The position numbers and the translations under genes are program-made. 64,000 nt of DNA from an uncultured Thermococci archaeon (GTDB lineage: Archaea; Methanobacteriota_B; Thermococci; Methanofastidiosales; B48-G16). The notes beneath the pieces were generated by a model that was not told the DNA's origin, ran no database searches, and saw only the letters and a program-made list of their open reading frames with translations. Each line of letters starts with the position of its first letter. Within the stretch, counting starts at the first letter, position 1. The DNA is taken from assembly GCA_964595645.1 (NCBI GenBank), contig CAZQQT010000003.1, positions 96,001-160,000 on the forward strand. Reading direction: 5' to 3'. This document shows, one piece after another, positions 62,579 through 64,000 of this stretch.

Positions 62579-63862
62579 GCTCTTTTTTCTGCGCATGTAG
62601 TACACAAGTGGATTTGCTATTCCTCTGTAACGCACTATCTTATTGTTGGTGAGGATACGCAGCTGTTTTTTAATCTCATTTTTCGAATGATCCAGCTGAG
62701 AATCCAGCTCCTCGAGGGTATCACACTCCTGCAGAGCCTTGAGAATTTCCTCGCCCAGACTTGTTCCCTCTCTTTTTTTTGCTGCTTCAATAAGATTAGA
62801 AGCCTTTTCTCTATCTGCAATTTGATAGAATTTTGTTCTGCAGAAGCTATCCGGCTTACATAGTGAAGGTGCGTTCTCCTGTATTTTTGCACAGTTTGGA
62901 GGAAGGTACCACTTAGATTTTCCAAAGTCGTTCATGGTGGGAGACGACGTGAGTCCAAATCCCAGATGATAAAACACGTTCTGTTTCTCTATCGGTTGAT
63001 CCTTAAAAAGAGGAGGATCGCATCTCCCCCCGGCCTCGAGTATCATAGGAATTACCTCATTAAGGAGAATCTCTATCTCCTTTTCTCGAAGTTCTACATT
63101 GAAATTCCTATCAAAGATCTTTGTTGAAGGGAAAATACGTGCATAAGAGAGGAAAGACGTCAGGAGGACTGTGATTGCGTAGTTTCGTGTCCCTGACGAT
63201 ACACCGTTGAGTGCTCTATTGACGCATGGGGGGAACTTATTCGATGAAAGCTCTTCCGTAATTTTCACAGGCGCAGAGTAAAACTGAATGGCATTGAATA
63301 TTTTTTTATGAAGGGGGTGATCCGCCTTTTTTATTGCTTCTGAAATATCGACCATATACCTCTTTATCTTCTTGCCCAGTACATCGACGTAGACTCTCGC
63401 AAGATCGTACTTTGAAAGATGAATCTTCCCATTGTAGATATATTCCTCCACTGGATCGATTACATCATATACTTCATGCCAATCCAGCATGTACTCCGGT
63501 TCTGCATTTTTTAGTGATCGCAATCGATATCTGTCCTCACCGCTGAGGTTAGAGGGCTCTATGTCGATAAGTTCTCTCATGGCGGCTATATCAGGAGTTA
63601 TCTCAAGGCGCTTTTTGATGGTCTGCTTGAGGATATTTATTGATTGAAATGCTTTTTGTGAGTGGGGGGAGAGTGCGAGACTCTGGCATACTAAAAAGAA
63701 TGAGACAATATCTTCCTCGTCATCGAGGGTAATATAAGGATCTGGATTTTTCTTGAATTTCATGATTCTATCAATGGACAGCCTCACGGTTTTTTGGGGG
63801 ATGGTACCAAGATCGACATCCAAATACTGCTGATACTCTTCTCTAAAGGGATTGATGATCAT
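62573..63862 (-). CDS. priL: DNA primase large subunit
   Basis: FPPCV, RNYAITVLLTSFLSYAR, WYLPPNC...LC...C and NPLVYY motifs (Thermococcales-type). Confidence 0.88.
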   Translation of the reverse strand: MIINPFREEYQQYLDVDLGTIPQKTVRLSIDRIMKFKKNPDPYITLDDEEDIVSFFLVCQSLALSPHSQKAFQSINILKQTIKKRLEITPDIAAMRELIDIEPSNLSGEDRYRLRSLKNAEPEYMLDWHEVYDVIDPVEEYIYNGKIHLSKYDLARVYVDVLGKKIKRYMVDISEAIKKADHPLHKKIFNAIQFYSAPVKITEELSSNKFPPCVNRALNGVSSGTRNYAITVLLTSFLSYARIFPSTKIFDRNFNVELREKEIEILLNEVIPMILEAGGRCDPPLFKDQPIEKQNVFYHLGFGLTSSPTMNDFGKSKWYLPPNCAKIQENAPSLCKPDSFCRTKFYQIADREKASNLIEAAKKREGTSLGEEILKALQECDTLEELDSQLDHSKNEIKKQLRILTNNKIVRYRGIANPLVYYMRRKKSS

Positions 63863-64000
63863 CCGCTCATCTCCTCGATTATCGAGAGGTTCGCATAAGC
63901 GAGACTATCCAGATCGTAGCCTCCTTCCAGTACTGCACCAAGAGGATACTCATTGATCTTCTCAATGAATGTTCCATACACTTCTGTTGAGAGGTTCAGT
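63859..64000 (-). CDS. Histone deacetylase family protein, 3' end only
   Basis: Manual translation ...LGAVLEGGYDLDSL...; truncated by the window edge. Confidence 0.75.
   Translation of the reverse strand, partial: LNLSTEVYGTFIEKINEYPLGAVLEGGYDLDSLAYANLSIIEEMSG

Noticed and set aside
601-63546. Many short ORFs antisense to or overlapping recognised genes (e.g. 601-1119, 15442-15990, 49651-50593, 60535-61062)
   Set aside because: Shadow ORFs of well-supported genes with no motifs of their own
1-64000. CRISPR arrays, IS elements, inteins and tRNA introns
   Set aside because: No regularly spaced repeats, transposase motifs, intein termini or interrupted tRNAs seen by eye

Overview
Chromosomal segment of an anaerobic euryarchaeon. 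The Thermococcales-type PriL, the 5S-tRNA(Asp)-tRNA(Lys) cluster, GatDE, topoisomerase VI and an orphan PAS/GAF kinase suggest a Thermococci-related uncultured lineage such as Methanofastidiosa or Theionarchaea (inference, not tested). Most of the window is housekeeping: R15P isomerase, XerA, glyS, gatDE, ileS, the aIF1A-rio1-dim2-top6B-top6A operon, gcvPA/PB, the exosome/RNase P superoperon, XPD, thermosome-psmB-psmA, nadA and priL. There are two P2A ATPases, a mosaic accessory stretch after tRNA-Leu (about 30.3-38.9 kb) with several broken genes, and a PIN toxin-antitoxin pair next to a disrupted lipoprotein gene. The most striking observation is a 34-bp site (5888-5921) that matches phage P1 loxP at 30/34 positions. 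It lies between the TATA box and the start codon of the xerA tyrosine recombinase, so this may be a self-contained Cre/lox-like archaeal Xer/dif module. Other highlights are a promoter- and terminator-flanked structured RNA at 38299-38406, a roughly 70-aa winged-helix-like insertion in PriL, a probable eL15 leader RNA, a PfkB pseudokinase coupled to R15P isomerase, and a lipoprotein gene interrupted by an amber codon and a (TA)6 slip tract. No CRISPR array or transposase was seen. All calls come from reading motifs by eye; no searches were run.
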